From the NCBI GenBank assembly GCA_965644315.1, contig CBFFRQ010000018.1, forward strand, positions 1,116,001-1,180,000: 64,000 nt of DNA, written 5' to 3'. Origin of the DNA: Caecitellus pseudoparvulus (taxonomy: Eukaryota; Protista; Bigyra: Bicosoecida). The notes beneath the pieces are model-generated. The model was not told the origin of the DNA and ran no database searches. It worked only from the letters and a program-made list of their open reading frames with translations. Shown in pieces: positions 23,001-33,564 of the stretch. Each line of letters begins with the position of its first letter. Position 1 is the first letter of the stretch. Made by a program: the position numbers and the translations under genes.

Positions 23001-26000
23001 CGGCCTCGGGCACTGTGTCGCCATCGGCCTCGGGCACTGTGTCGCCATCGGCCTCGGGCACTGTGACTCCGTCGACCTCGGGCACTGTGTCGCCAGCGGC
23101 CTCGGGCACTGTGTCGCCATCGGCCTCGGGCACTGTGTCGCCATCGGCCTCGGGCACTGTGTCGCCGTCGGCCTCGGGCACTGTGTCGCCGTCGGCCTCG
23201 GGCACTGTGTCGCCATCGGCCTCGGGCACTGTGTCGCCATCGGCCTCGGGCACTGTGTCGCCATCGGCCTCGGGCACTGTGTCGCCATCGGCCTCGGGCA
23301 CTGTGTCGCCATCGGCCTCGGGCACTGTGTCGCCATCGGCCTCGGGCACTGTGTCGCCGTCGGCCTCGGGCACTGTGTCGCCGTCGGCCTCGGGCACTGT
23401 GTCGCCGTCGGCCTCGGGCACTGTGTCGCCATCGGCCTCGGGCACTGTGTCGCCATCGGCCTCGGGCACTGTGTCGCCATCGGCCTCGGGCACTGTGTCG
23501 CCGTCGGCCTCGGGCACTGTGTCGCCATCGGCCTCGGGCACTGTGTCGCCGTCGGCCTCGGGCACTGTGTCGCCATCGGCCTCGGGCACTGTGTCGCCAT
23601 CGGCCTCGGGCACTGTGTCGCCGTCGGCCTCGGGCACTGTGTCGCCATCGGCCTCGGGCACTGTGTCGCCATCGGCCTCGGGCACTGTGTCGCCGTCGGC
23701 CTCGGGCACTGTGTCGCCATCGGCCTCGGGCACTGTGTCGCCATCGGCCTCGGGCACTGTGTCGCCGTCGGCCTCGGGCACTGTGTCGCCATCGGCCTCG
23801 GGCACTGTGTCGCCGTCGGCCTCGGGCACTGTGTCGCCATCGGCCTCGGGCACTGTGTCGCCATCGGCCTCGGGCACTGTGACTCCGTCGGCCTCGGGCA
23901 CTGTGCCGCCGTCGGCCTCGGGCACTGTGTCGCCGTCGGCCTCGGGCACTGTGTCGCCGTCGGCCTCGGGCACTGTGTCGCCATCGGCCTCGGGCACTGT
24001 GTCGCCGTCGGCCTCGGGCACTGTGTCGCCATCGGCCTCGGGCACTGTGTCGCCATCGGCCTCGGGCACTGTGTCGCCGTCGGCCTCGGGCACTGTGTCG
24101 CCATCGGCCTCGGGCACTGTGTCGCCGTCGGCCTCGGGCACTGTGTCGCCGTCGGCCTCGGGCACTGTGTCGCCATCGGCCTCGGGCACTGTGTCGCCGT
24201 CGGCCTCGGGCACTGTGTCGCCGTCGGCCTCGGGCACTGTGTCGCCATCGGCCTCGGGCACTGTGTCGCCATCGGCCTCGGGCACTGTGTCGCCATCGGC
24301 CTCGGGCACTGTGTCGCCATCGGCCTCGGGCACTGTGTCGCCATCGGCCTCGGGCACTGTGTCGCCATCGGCCTCGGGCACTGTGTCGCCATCGGCCTCG
24401 GGCACGTCGTCGGCCTCGGGCACTGTGTCGCCGTCGGCCTCGGGCACTGTGTCGCCGTCGGCCTCGGGCACTGTGTCGCCATCGGCCTCGGGCACTGTGT
24501 CGCCATCGGCCTCGGGCACTGTGTCGCCGTCGGCCTCGGGCACTGTGTCGCCGTCGGCCTCGGGCACTGTGTCGCCATCGGCCTCGGGCACTGTGTCGCC
24601 GTCGGCCTCGGGCACTGTGTCGCCGTCGGCCTCGGGCACTGTGTCGCCATCGGCCTCGGGCACTGTGTCGCCGTCGGCCTCGGGCACTGTGTCGCCGTCG
24701 GCCTCGGGCACTGTGTCGCCATCGGCCTCGGGCACTGTGTCGCCGTCGGCCTCGGGCACTGTGTCGCCATCGGCCTCGGGCACTGTGACTCCGTCGGCCT
24801 CGGGCACTGTGTCGCCGTCGGCCTCGGGCACTGTGTCGCCATCGGCCTCGGGCACTGTGTCGCCGTCGGCCTCGGGCACTGTGTCGCCGTCGGCCTCGGG
24901 CACTGTGTCGCCGTCGGCCTCGGGCACTGTGTCGCCATCGGCCTCGGGCACTGTGTCGCCATCGGCCTCGGGCACTGTGTCGCCGTCGGCCTCGGGCACT
25001 GTGTCGCCATCGGCCTCGGGCACTGTGTCGCCGTCGGCCTCGGGCACTGTGTCGCCGTCGGCCTCGGGCACTGTGTCGCCATCGGCCTCGGGCACTGTGT
25101 CGCCATCGGCCTCGGGCACTGTGTCGCCATCGGCCTCGGGCACTGTGTCGCCATCGGCCTCGGGCACTGTGTCGCCATCGGCCTCGGGCACTGTGTCGCC
25201 ATCGGCCTCGGGCACTGTGTCGCCGTCGGCCTCGGGCACTGTGTCGCCATCGGCCTCGGGCACAGTGTCGCCGTCGGCCTCGGGCACTGTGTCGCCATCG
25301 GCCTCGGGCACTGTGACTCCGTCGGCCTCGGGCACTGTGTCGCCGTCGGCCTCGGGCACTGTGTCGCCATCGGCCTCGGGCACTGTGTCGCCGTCGGCCT
25401 CGGGCACTGTGTCGCCGTCGGCCTCGGGCACTGTGTCGCCGTCGGCCTCGGGCACTGTGTCGCCATCGGCCTCGGGCACTGTGTCGCCGTCGGCCTCGGG
25501 CACTGTGTCGCCGTCGGCCTCGGGCACTGTGTCGCCATCGGCCTCGGGCACTGTGTCGCCGTCGGCCTCGGGCACTGTGTCGCCATCGGCCTCGGGCACT
25601 GTGTCGCCATCGGCCTCGGGCACTGTGTCGCCGTCGGCCTCGGGCACTGTGTCGCCGTCGGCCTCGGGCACTGTGTCGCCGTCGGCCTCGGGCACTGTGA
25701 CTCCGTCGGCCTCGGGCACTGTGTCGCCATCGGCCTCGGGCACTGTGTCGCCGTCGGCCTCGGGCACTGTGTCGCCATCGGCCTCGGGCACTGTGTCGCC
25801 ATCGGCCTCGGGCACTGTGTCGCCATCGGCCTCGGGCACTGTGTCGCCATCGGCCTCGGGCACTGTGTCGCCATCGGCCTCGGGCACTGTGTCGCCATCG
25901 GCCTCGGGCACTGTGTCGCCATCGGCCTCGGGCACTGTGTCGCCATCGGCCTCGGGCACTGTGTCGCCATCGGCCTCGGGCACTGTGTCGCCATCGGCCT

Positions 26001-29000
26001 CGGGCACTGTGTCGCCATCGGCCTCGGGCACTGTGTCGCCGTCGGCCTCGGGCACTGTGTCGCCATCGGCCTCGGGCACTGTGTCGCCATCGGCCTCGGG
26101 CACTGTGTCGCCGTCGGCCTCGGGCACTGTGTCGCCATCGGCCTCGGGCACTGTGTCGCCATCGGCCTCGGGCACTGTGTCGCCGTCGGCCTCGGGCACT
26201 GTGTCGCCATCGGCCTCGGGCACTGTGTCGCCATCGGCCTCGGGCACTGTGTCGCCGTCGGCCTCGGGCACTGTGTCGCCATCGGCCTCGGGCACTGTGT
26301 CGCCGTCGGCCTCGGGCACTGTGTCGCCATCGGCCTCGGGCACTGTGTCGCCATCGGCCTCGGGCACTGTGTCGCCATCGGCCTCGGGCACTGTGTCGCC
26401 ATCGGCCTCGGGCACTGTGTCGCCGTCGGCCTCGGGCACTGTCGCCGTCGGCCTGGCACGTCGCCGTCGGCCTCGGGCACTGTGTCGCCGTCGGCCTCGG
26501 GCACTGTGTCGCCATCGGCCTCGGGCACTGTGTCGCCATCGGCCTCGGGCACTGTGTCGCCATCGGCCTCGGGCACTGTGTCGCCGTCGGCCTCGGGCAC
26601 TGTGTCGCCGTCGGCCTCGGGCACTGTGTCGCCATCGGCCTCGGGCACTGTGTCGCCGTCGGCCTCGGGCACTGTGTCGCCATCGGCCTCGGGCACTGTG
26701 TCGCCGTCGGCCTCGGGCACTGTGTCGCCATCGGCCTCGGGCACTGTGTCGCCGTCGGCCTCGGGCACTGTGTCGCCGTCGGCCTCGGGCACTGTGACTC
26801 CGTCGGTGTCGGGCACTGTGTCGCCGTCGGCCTCGGGCACTGTGTCGCCGTCGGCCTCGGGCACTGTGTCGCCGTCGGCCTCGGGCACTGTGTCGCCATC
26901 GGCCTCGGGCACTGTGTCGCCATCGGCCTCGGGCACTGTGTCGCCATCGGCCTCGGGCACTGTGTCGCCGTCGGCCTCGGGCACTGTGTCGCCATCGGCC
27001 TCGGGCACTGTGTCGCCGTCGGCCTCGGGCACTGTGTCGCCAGCGGCCTCGGGCACTGTGTCGCCATCGGCCTCGGGCACTGTGTCGCCATCGGCCTCGG
27101 GCACTGTGTCGCCATCGGCCTCGGGCACTGTGTCGCCATCGGCCTCGGGCACTGTGTCGCCATCGGCCTCGGGCACTGTGACTCCGTCGGCCTCGGGCAC
27201 TGTGTCGCCATCGGCCTCGGGCACTGTGTCGCCATCGGCCTCGGGCACTGTGTCGCCATCGGCCTCGGGCACTGTGTCGCCATCGGCCTCGGGCACTGTG
27301 TCGCCATCGGCCTCGGGCACTGTGTCGCCATCGGCCTCGGGCAGTGTGTCGCCGTCGGCCTCGGGCACTGTGTCGCCGTCGGCCTCGGGCACTGTGTCGC
27401 CGTCGGCCTCGGGCACTGTGTCGCCGTCGGCCTCGGGCACTGTGTCGCCATCGGCCTCGGGCACTGTGTCGCCATCGGCCTCGGGCACTGTGTCGCCATC
27501 GGCCTCGGGCACTGTGTCGCCGTCGGCCTCGGGCACTGTGTCGCCATCGGCCTCGGGCACTGTGTCGCCATCGGCCTCGGGCACTGTGTCGCCATCGGCC
27601 TCGGGCACTGTGTCGCCATCGGCCTCGGGCACTGTGTCGCCGTCGGCCTCGGGCACTGTGTCGCCATCGGCCTCGGGCACTGTGTCGCCGTCGGCCTCGG
27701 GCACTGTGTCGCCATCGGCCTCGGGCACTGTGTCGCCATCGGCCTCGGGCACTGTGTCGCCATCGGCCTCGGGCACTGTGTCGCCATCGGCCTCGGGCAC
27801 TGTGTCGCCATCGGCCTCGGGCACTGTGTCGCCATCGGCCTCGGGCACTGTGTCGCCATCGGCCTCGGGCACTGTGTCGCCGTCGGCCTCGGGCACTGTG
27901 TCGCCATCGGCCTCGGGCACTGTGTCGCCATCGGCCTCGGGCACTGTGTCGCCGTCGGCCTCGGGCACTGTGTCGCCGTCGGCCTCGGGCACTGTGTCGC
28001 CATCGGCCTCGGGCACTGTGTCGCCGTCGGCCTCGGGCACTGTGTCGCCGTCGGCCTCGGGCACTGTGTCGCCATCGGCCTCGGGCACTGTGTCGCCGTC
28101 GGCCTCGGGCACTGTGTCGCCGTCGGCCTCGGGCACTGTGTCGCCATCGGCCTCGGGCACTGTGTCGCCATCGGCCTCGGGCACTGTGTCGCCGTCGGCC
28201 TCGGGCACTGTGTCGCCATCGGCCTCGGGCACTGTGTCGCCATCGGCCTCGGGCACTGTGTCGCCGTCGGCCTCGGGCACTGTGTCGCCGTCGGCCTCGG
28301 GCACTGTGTCGCCATCGGCCTCGGGCACTGTGTCGCCATCGGCCTCGGGCACTGTGTCGCCGTCGGCCTCGGGCACTGTGTCGCCATCGGCCTCGGGCAC
28401 TGTGTCGCCATCGGCCTCGGGCACTGTGTCGCCGTCGGCCTCGGGCACTGTGTCGCCATCGGCCTCGGGCACTGTGTCGCCATCGGCCTCGGGCACTGTG
28501 TCGCCATCGGCCTCGGGCACTGTGTCGCCATCGGCCTCGGGCACTGTGTCGCCGTCGGCCTCGGGCACTGTGTCGCCGTCGGCCTCGGGCACTGTGTCGC
28601 CGTCGGCCTCGGGCACTGTGTCGCCGTCGGCCTCGGGCACTGTGTCGCCATCGGCCTCGGGCACTGTGTCGCCGTCGGCCTCGGGCACTGTGTCTTCGTC
28701 TGTGTTTGCTAGTGCAAGTGTGTCTTCTTCAGTGTCTAGCAGCGCAACTGCTTCTGTGTCCGGTTCGTGCACGAGTTCTGTGTCACCTTCCGTTTCTGGT
28801 AGCATCATTTCATCTGCTTCTGTGTCGTCAAGTGTTACTCGGACGCCTTCTGGGTCTCCTTCGCTGTCTTCGAGTAGCAGTGTGTCTCCGTCAGTCAGCG
28901 CCTCGGGAAGTGAGACAAGAACAGTGCTTCCGACACTCTTTTCTCCGCTTGTATCGGTGTCGCCTTCCATGAGCGCCTCTTCTACGGCTAGCTTTACGGC

Positions 29001-31695
29001 TTTGATATCTCCTTCATCGACTTCTTCAGTGTCTGGGTCCTGGTCTCCGTCCGCTTCAAGGTCATCGACGGCAACTGGCTCTCCTTCCCCAAGCTCTTCA
29101 CCTTCTTTTTCGCCCTCAGCATCGCCGAGCATTCTTGCGTCCGCGTCACCTACTTCGGGGGTTTGTTCAGCTGCTCGATGCAGTGCTCGCCAAGACTGCT
29201 CAGTGGTTTCACCCAGGGATGATGCCCGCACAGCGTCTTCCTCTCAACTCGACGCCGCATGGGGTAATCTCACCTCTCTCATTGTCCAAAGAGCATCGGA
29301 GGTTGTTGCTCTGGGGACATGCCAGTGCAAGGAAGGCTTGTTCGGGCCGGGCTGCATGTCAAACACGACTTTTTTTTCTCCGACTTGTTTTGACGGCCAA
29401 CTTTCAGGCAATGACACAGACGTGGACTGCGGTGATCCAGCCTGTGGGATTTTGTGCGACGCTGGACAGCTGTGCTCGTCATCTGACAATTGCAGGGGTG
29501 GTTTGGCGTGTGCATTCGGAGTTTGTGGCCACAGAAACGTCTCTGACTCCCCTCCGCCACTTATTGCGAGTGTGACGATGCTCTTTCCTGGGCTTGCAGT
29601 GGGTATGACGGCTACAATGGAGTTCGGCAGCCGTGTACTCTCCCTCGCCAAGGAAGCTGTACCGCAAGCAGGTGGACCTGTAGTCGACCAAACGATTCAC
29701 ATTGCGCGTGTTGAGGCAGCACTGGACACTCCCTCTCGCCGCCTTGGCCTGCAGCCTGTGTTTCTCCAGTCACATGATGGACTTGCTGTTCTGACACGAT
29801 CAAGGCACGCTTCGAGCAGTTCGTTCCGAGCGAGGCTCCTATCCTCAGACGAAGCAACGTTCAACATTTTTGGCACACGAGTAACTTTCGCCATTCCCCT
29901 TGCTGTGACAGGGCAAAGCTGGTCTGAAGCTGTGCAGGTGGGATACTCCCTGTTGAGTGTACTTGCCAATGCTTCCACCGAAGCGACGCTCCTGATGGAG
30001 TTGCACCAGGGCATTGACGGCTTTCCTGCCTTTTTCGTTGCAGCAGACGAGGATTCAGGCATGGTAGTTGACACAAGCGGGCTTGAGAACACAAACCTCT
30101 TTGCTTTGATCAATGAGGGCACTGTCGTGCCGCAAGTGTCGCCAAGCCCACCTTCTGGAAGGGCAGGTGGGCCTGGGTCCGACTCCAACAGGCTGCTGGG
30201 CGTGTATCTGGGTGTGCCGTTGGCAGTTCTTGTCTTGTGCTTGGCGGGTGTGTTTGCCGTGTGGCGGTGGAGGCGGGAAGAAAGGCGCCGCCCTCGACGT
30301 GACGTCGGCGAACGCATTTACCCAGTGCGCCCCCGAGCACTGTCTCGAGCAGACCGCGTTCAGCGTCAAGGCAGGCCTGAGCCTGGCACAATCCAGCCAG
30401 AGCAAGCCAACTCTGGTGACCCTGTCGCTGAGCGAGCTCGGCGCGTCATCGACAGGGTTACGACCCGAAAGAAGTCTCGGTGGTCCATTTTCCAACCACC
30501 CTCTGGAGAGCAAGCCCCATTGCCTCCTAGTGCGCCCTCCGCCGGAATTTCCAGCGGTGGTCAGCCAGGCGCTCTGGGACCACATCGCCCTCGCAGCCAT
30601 GCGGGGTCTTCTCGCCGCACCCTGGCTCCAGGGGCTGCAGCCGCCATAGCAAGGGTCATGGCATCAGCCGAAGGGGCAGGTGGTGCAGGAGGTGAAACGA
30701 AGCCTCCGTCTATTGCATCCATCTTGACTTCTGGGAAAGCGATGGAGCTGCCCGAAGAGGATGAACATGAATCTGGAGCGTTCAGATCACGCGCACTGTC
30801 TCGGGCAGAGCGCACGCGGTTCGCCAGTGCAGGCAAGCCGCCCATGCCGCCTCTCGCGGAGGAAGGCCGCAGTGGAAGTGGACGTGGTGGCCGCCTGCAC
30901 GTCGGACCTTCTCAGCCAGTCGACGCGACAGCCTACGCCAAGTGGATTGCCAGCCAACATGAGCAGCCGAGGGAGGGAGGACTTGCATCGAGGGGGGCGG
31001 CGGGTGGACGCACCCCGCATCAGCAGCGGTCTGATGCACCAGAGCCAACGGATCCCACGAGTCGCTCCAGGGCACGGGCAAACTCCCTGGTGCGAGCTCA
31101 GGCTGCGCTTTCGAGCAGCACCAGGGTTCGGAACCCTTTGCTTGCGCATCGAAGTGCACAAGCAGGCCGCAGAGCAGCGGAGCAGCCTAGCGAGTCTGAC
31201 TCTGCCTCTTCCACCGTGCGTGTTCCAGCAGCTCGCAGGCACCTGGCTCCCTTGGCAGGTGCATCGGCCCGCCAAGCCGCCCGCATGCAGGGCGCTCAGC
31301 CCAGCACCAGGACCTTGGTAGACAACCCACTGCACAATGCTGGCGCTGCACGGACGCTGCCAAGCGCAGGGCAATCTGCAGGAGGGGACGTCCCCCAGGC
31401 ACGAGGCAGAGCCGTAGCTCACAGCACAAGCCGCAGCTCACAGTCGAGCGACGTGGAGAACCCTTTCCTTCAGGCAATGGCCAGGCAGGCAGGCCGTGGC
31501 CAGCAGTCTACACGGCGCCCGTCAGCCCTGCTTCCGAGACCCAGTGCTCCACAGCGGCCCGCAATGCCGAGCCAACTCGCAGCGGCCATGAGCATGCCCA
31601 CAGCAGGCAGCGCGGGGCACGACACCCACTTTGAGTCTCCCATGCTGGCCCCCAGTCGAGCGCGCTCAAGCAGGGGATCAAACAGGAAGAAGTAG
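17042..31695 (+). CDS. Giant (~4,900 aa) mucin / serine-rich-repeat type I membrane protein, with an apparent frameshift near 26441-26460
   Basis: Signal peptide (FSLLAFVLVLLCCSC), ~360 aa N-terminal domain, ~10.5 kb of SPSASG repeats, EGF-like and Cys-rich modules, TM helix LLGVYLGVPLAVLVLCLAGVFAVWRW followed by RREERRR, long cytoplasmic tail. ORF 16970-26797 supplies the N-half and ORF 18016-31695 supplies the C-half. Confidence 0.85.
18185..20539 (+). repeat. Coding tandem array A: 30-bp unit encoding TSSVSPSASG, about 78 copies
   Basis: Consensus accagcagcgtgtcgccgtcggcatcgggc. Two units lack 6 bp (near 18461 and 19540). Confidence 0.97.
20540..28692 (+). repeat. Coding tandem array B: 24-bp unit encoding TVSPSASG, about 340 copies
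   Basis: Consensus actgtgtcgcc(g/a)tcggcctcgggc. Variation is dominated by the synonymous Pro codon CCG/CCA. Confidence 0.97.
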
Positions 31696-31760
31696 CGCTG
31701 TGGTGCTTTGGCGACCAGGCACTACGCTAGGACAGTTCATTGTGTGCAACGGGCAGCGGA

Positions 31761-32030
31761 TCAGGTGCCGCGGCGCTCCATGGCGAGACGCTCCATGCGC
31801 TTGTTCTGAATGCTCCAGTACACGGCCAACACGACTGATAGCAGCAAGAAGGCAGCACCGGATATCCTCCCGAAGAGCTTCATCTCTGGAGTGGCGATTT
31901 GGGGCTCGGGGTCTTCAGATGTGCCATTGCCCGTGCTGTTTGCAGCGAGCACCCTCGGCACTCGGGTTGCCTCGATGAGAGATAGCCACCCAACCAACAG
32001 CGTCAACAGAATATGTGCTTTGAAATCCAT
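31761..32030 (-). CDS. Small (89 aa) single-pass membrane protein of unknown function
   Basis: From ATG 32030: signal peptide MDFKAHILLTLLVGWLSLIEA, N-glycosylation sequons NST and NGT, TM helix ISGAAFLLLSVVLAVYWSI, basic tail. Confidence 0.6.
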   Translation of the reverse strand: MDFKAHILLTLLVGWLSLIEATRVPRVLAANSTGNGTSEDPEPQIATPEMKLFGRISGAAFLLLSVVLAVYWSIQNKRMERLAMERRGT

Positions 32031-32725
32031 GGCGTGCACAGCTCTACCCCTTGGCGCTCTGTGCAAGTGGAAACGAGCAGGCTCGTGCAGTCGCCGCGAC
32101 AGCAAGGGACACCAACAAAGCCGTGCCCTGTCAGGCCCTGGAGTCGAGGTCGAGGTACAACCAACACAGTTCTGCTTGGTACAGAACCACTGCATGTTGC
32201 CATGCAGGCACCTCAAGGTAAAAAGCCGCCGCCCGGAGGCCTCACACGGCACTTGTAGCAGAGGGGTTGCGTTGGGCACCACACTCACACCTTGCGAAGC
32301 ACACAATGGAACGCTGGGCCAGGCAGACGGGACGATCAGCACCCGAGAGATGATGCTTAACCCTATCCTCTTATGGCGCTCAAGGGCGCAGCAGGCTTGC
32401 TTGAGAGCAGCACAGCAGCTTTCTGGGCTCAGCAAGCGTCCTTGTGAGTGGAGTACGTCGCCGCGTCAGGCACTGGGACCACGGTGGTGCTGGTCATGAT
32501 AATACTTCCAGAACATGTGCATGGGAAGTGCATGGATTGAGATTTGCGCGCACTCCATGGTATGTGTGCGCTGAAAAACAGGAAGCAAAGCGTGAGAATG
32601 AGGGTGCTGTGCGGGGACAAGAGCAACTCCTCCGAAAAAAAAACACACAGCAGAGTTCACAAAGCGTAGTGACTCAGTTCTCTCTCCCCTAGCTCTCCCT
32701 CCTGTCAAAAAGCAGCACATTTGCA

Positions 32726-33556
32726 ATGGCGCAAGCAAGCGTTGCGCCTGCGTTTCAGCCTCCTGAGCTTCACAACTTCCCGCCCCTTTTCACGTGAGCT
32801 CAGACAGCAAGCACGCCATGGTACTTTGCAGGCACTTACCTTTACCTTTCTGCAGGCTTCAACCTGTAGATGCGACTCGTGAAAAGCAAATGATGCAGTG
32901 GCGCACCATCATCCTCGATTGGTGTGCTGCGACTGAGCAGCGGGAGTTGTCTTTGGCCAGTGCAGAGATCTTCGAGAACAAGGCGATAAAGAGTGAGCCC
33001 GCAGTCCCCTAGCTATCTCCCCTGTTGAACCAGGCACCAGCATCAATGGCTTCCTTCGCAGGGTCGCTGGACACGGAAGGCCGCACTGCTGTGGTGGACT
33101 TCCTGGTGTCGAAAGGTGAGCTCGGTTTGCTGCCTCGTCTGCCACTGCCAACCTGCGGCACAATGCCGCATTATTTCGCTTGTCCTTGAGCAGGAAATGC
33201 AAGTTGGATTGATGCCGCAGGCAAGACTATGTTCAGAGTACTGCCGAAGCCCGTTGCCGACCTCGCGACGGAGCTGGGTGCCTTTGCCAAAGCAAACGCG
33301 CTTCACAGCACAGTGTACACAGTGTTCGAGCTTCACTCTGGGGCCCTTTTTTCTGACGCCCGTAAGGCTTGCTTTGATTTGCAGCCCGATCCTTGCTCAC
33401 TCGTCACCGCACATGCATGCTCCCACTGCAGCATTCCGAGGGGAAGACCCAGAAGTGCTGCTGAAGGCATGCCAGGTACTGCACGCCGCCAAGCGGGTGC
33501 AACTGCTGGATGGTGGCACTGCGGATGAACATGGGGTTAAATTCTTGGATGTGTAG
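32726..33556 (+). CDS. VPS25: ESCRT-II subunit VPS25 (about four short introns)
   Basis: Spliced HNFPPLFT|LQPVDATREKQMMQW (family motif FPPFFTLQP...TR.KQ...W), IFENKAIK, TVYTVFELHSG, and C-terminal GVKF. Confidence 0.9.
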
Positions 33557-33564
33557 AAACCTAG

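Noticed and set aside
18185-28692. CRISPR array or satellite/telomeric interpretation of the 30-bp and 24-bp repeats
   Set aside because: Units are head-to-tail without unique spacers, unit lengths are multiples of three, they sit inside a coding frame, and there are no cas genes.
17877-28972. Alternative + strand frames encoding VAVGLGHC, GIGHQQR or RRRPRALC repeats
   Set aside because: The commonest variant (CCG/CCA) is synonymous in the SPSASG frame but changes residues in these frames. The 4559-aa ORF is a chimera created by the frameshift.
18166-29231. Huge antisense ORFs (VPEADGDT, ATQCPRP and RHSARGR repeats; 1509-2757 aa)
   Set aside because: They are shadows of a stop-free repeat unit, have no unique flanking domains, and only the + strand SPSASG frame links to a signal peptide and TM helix.
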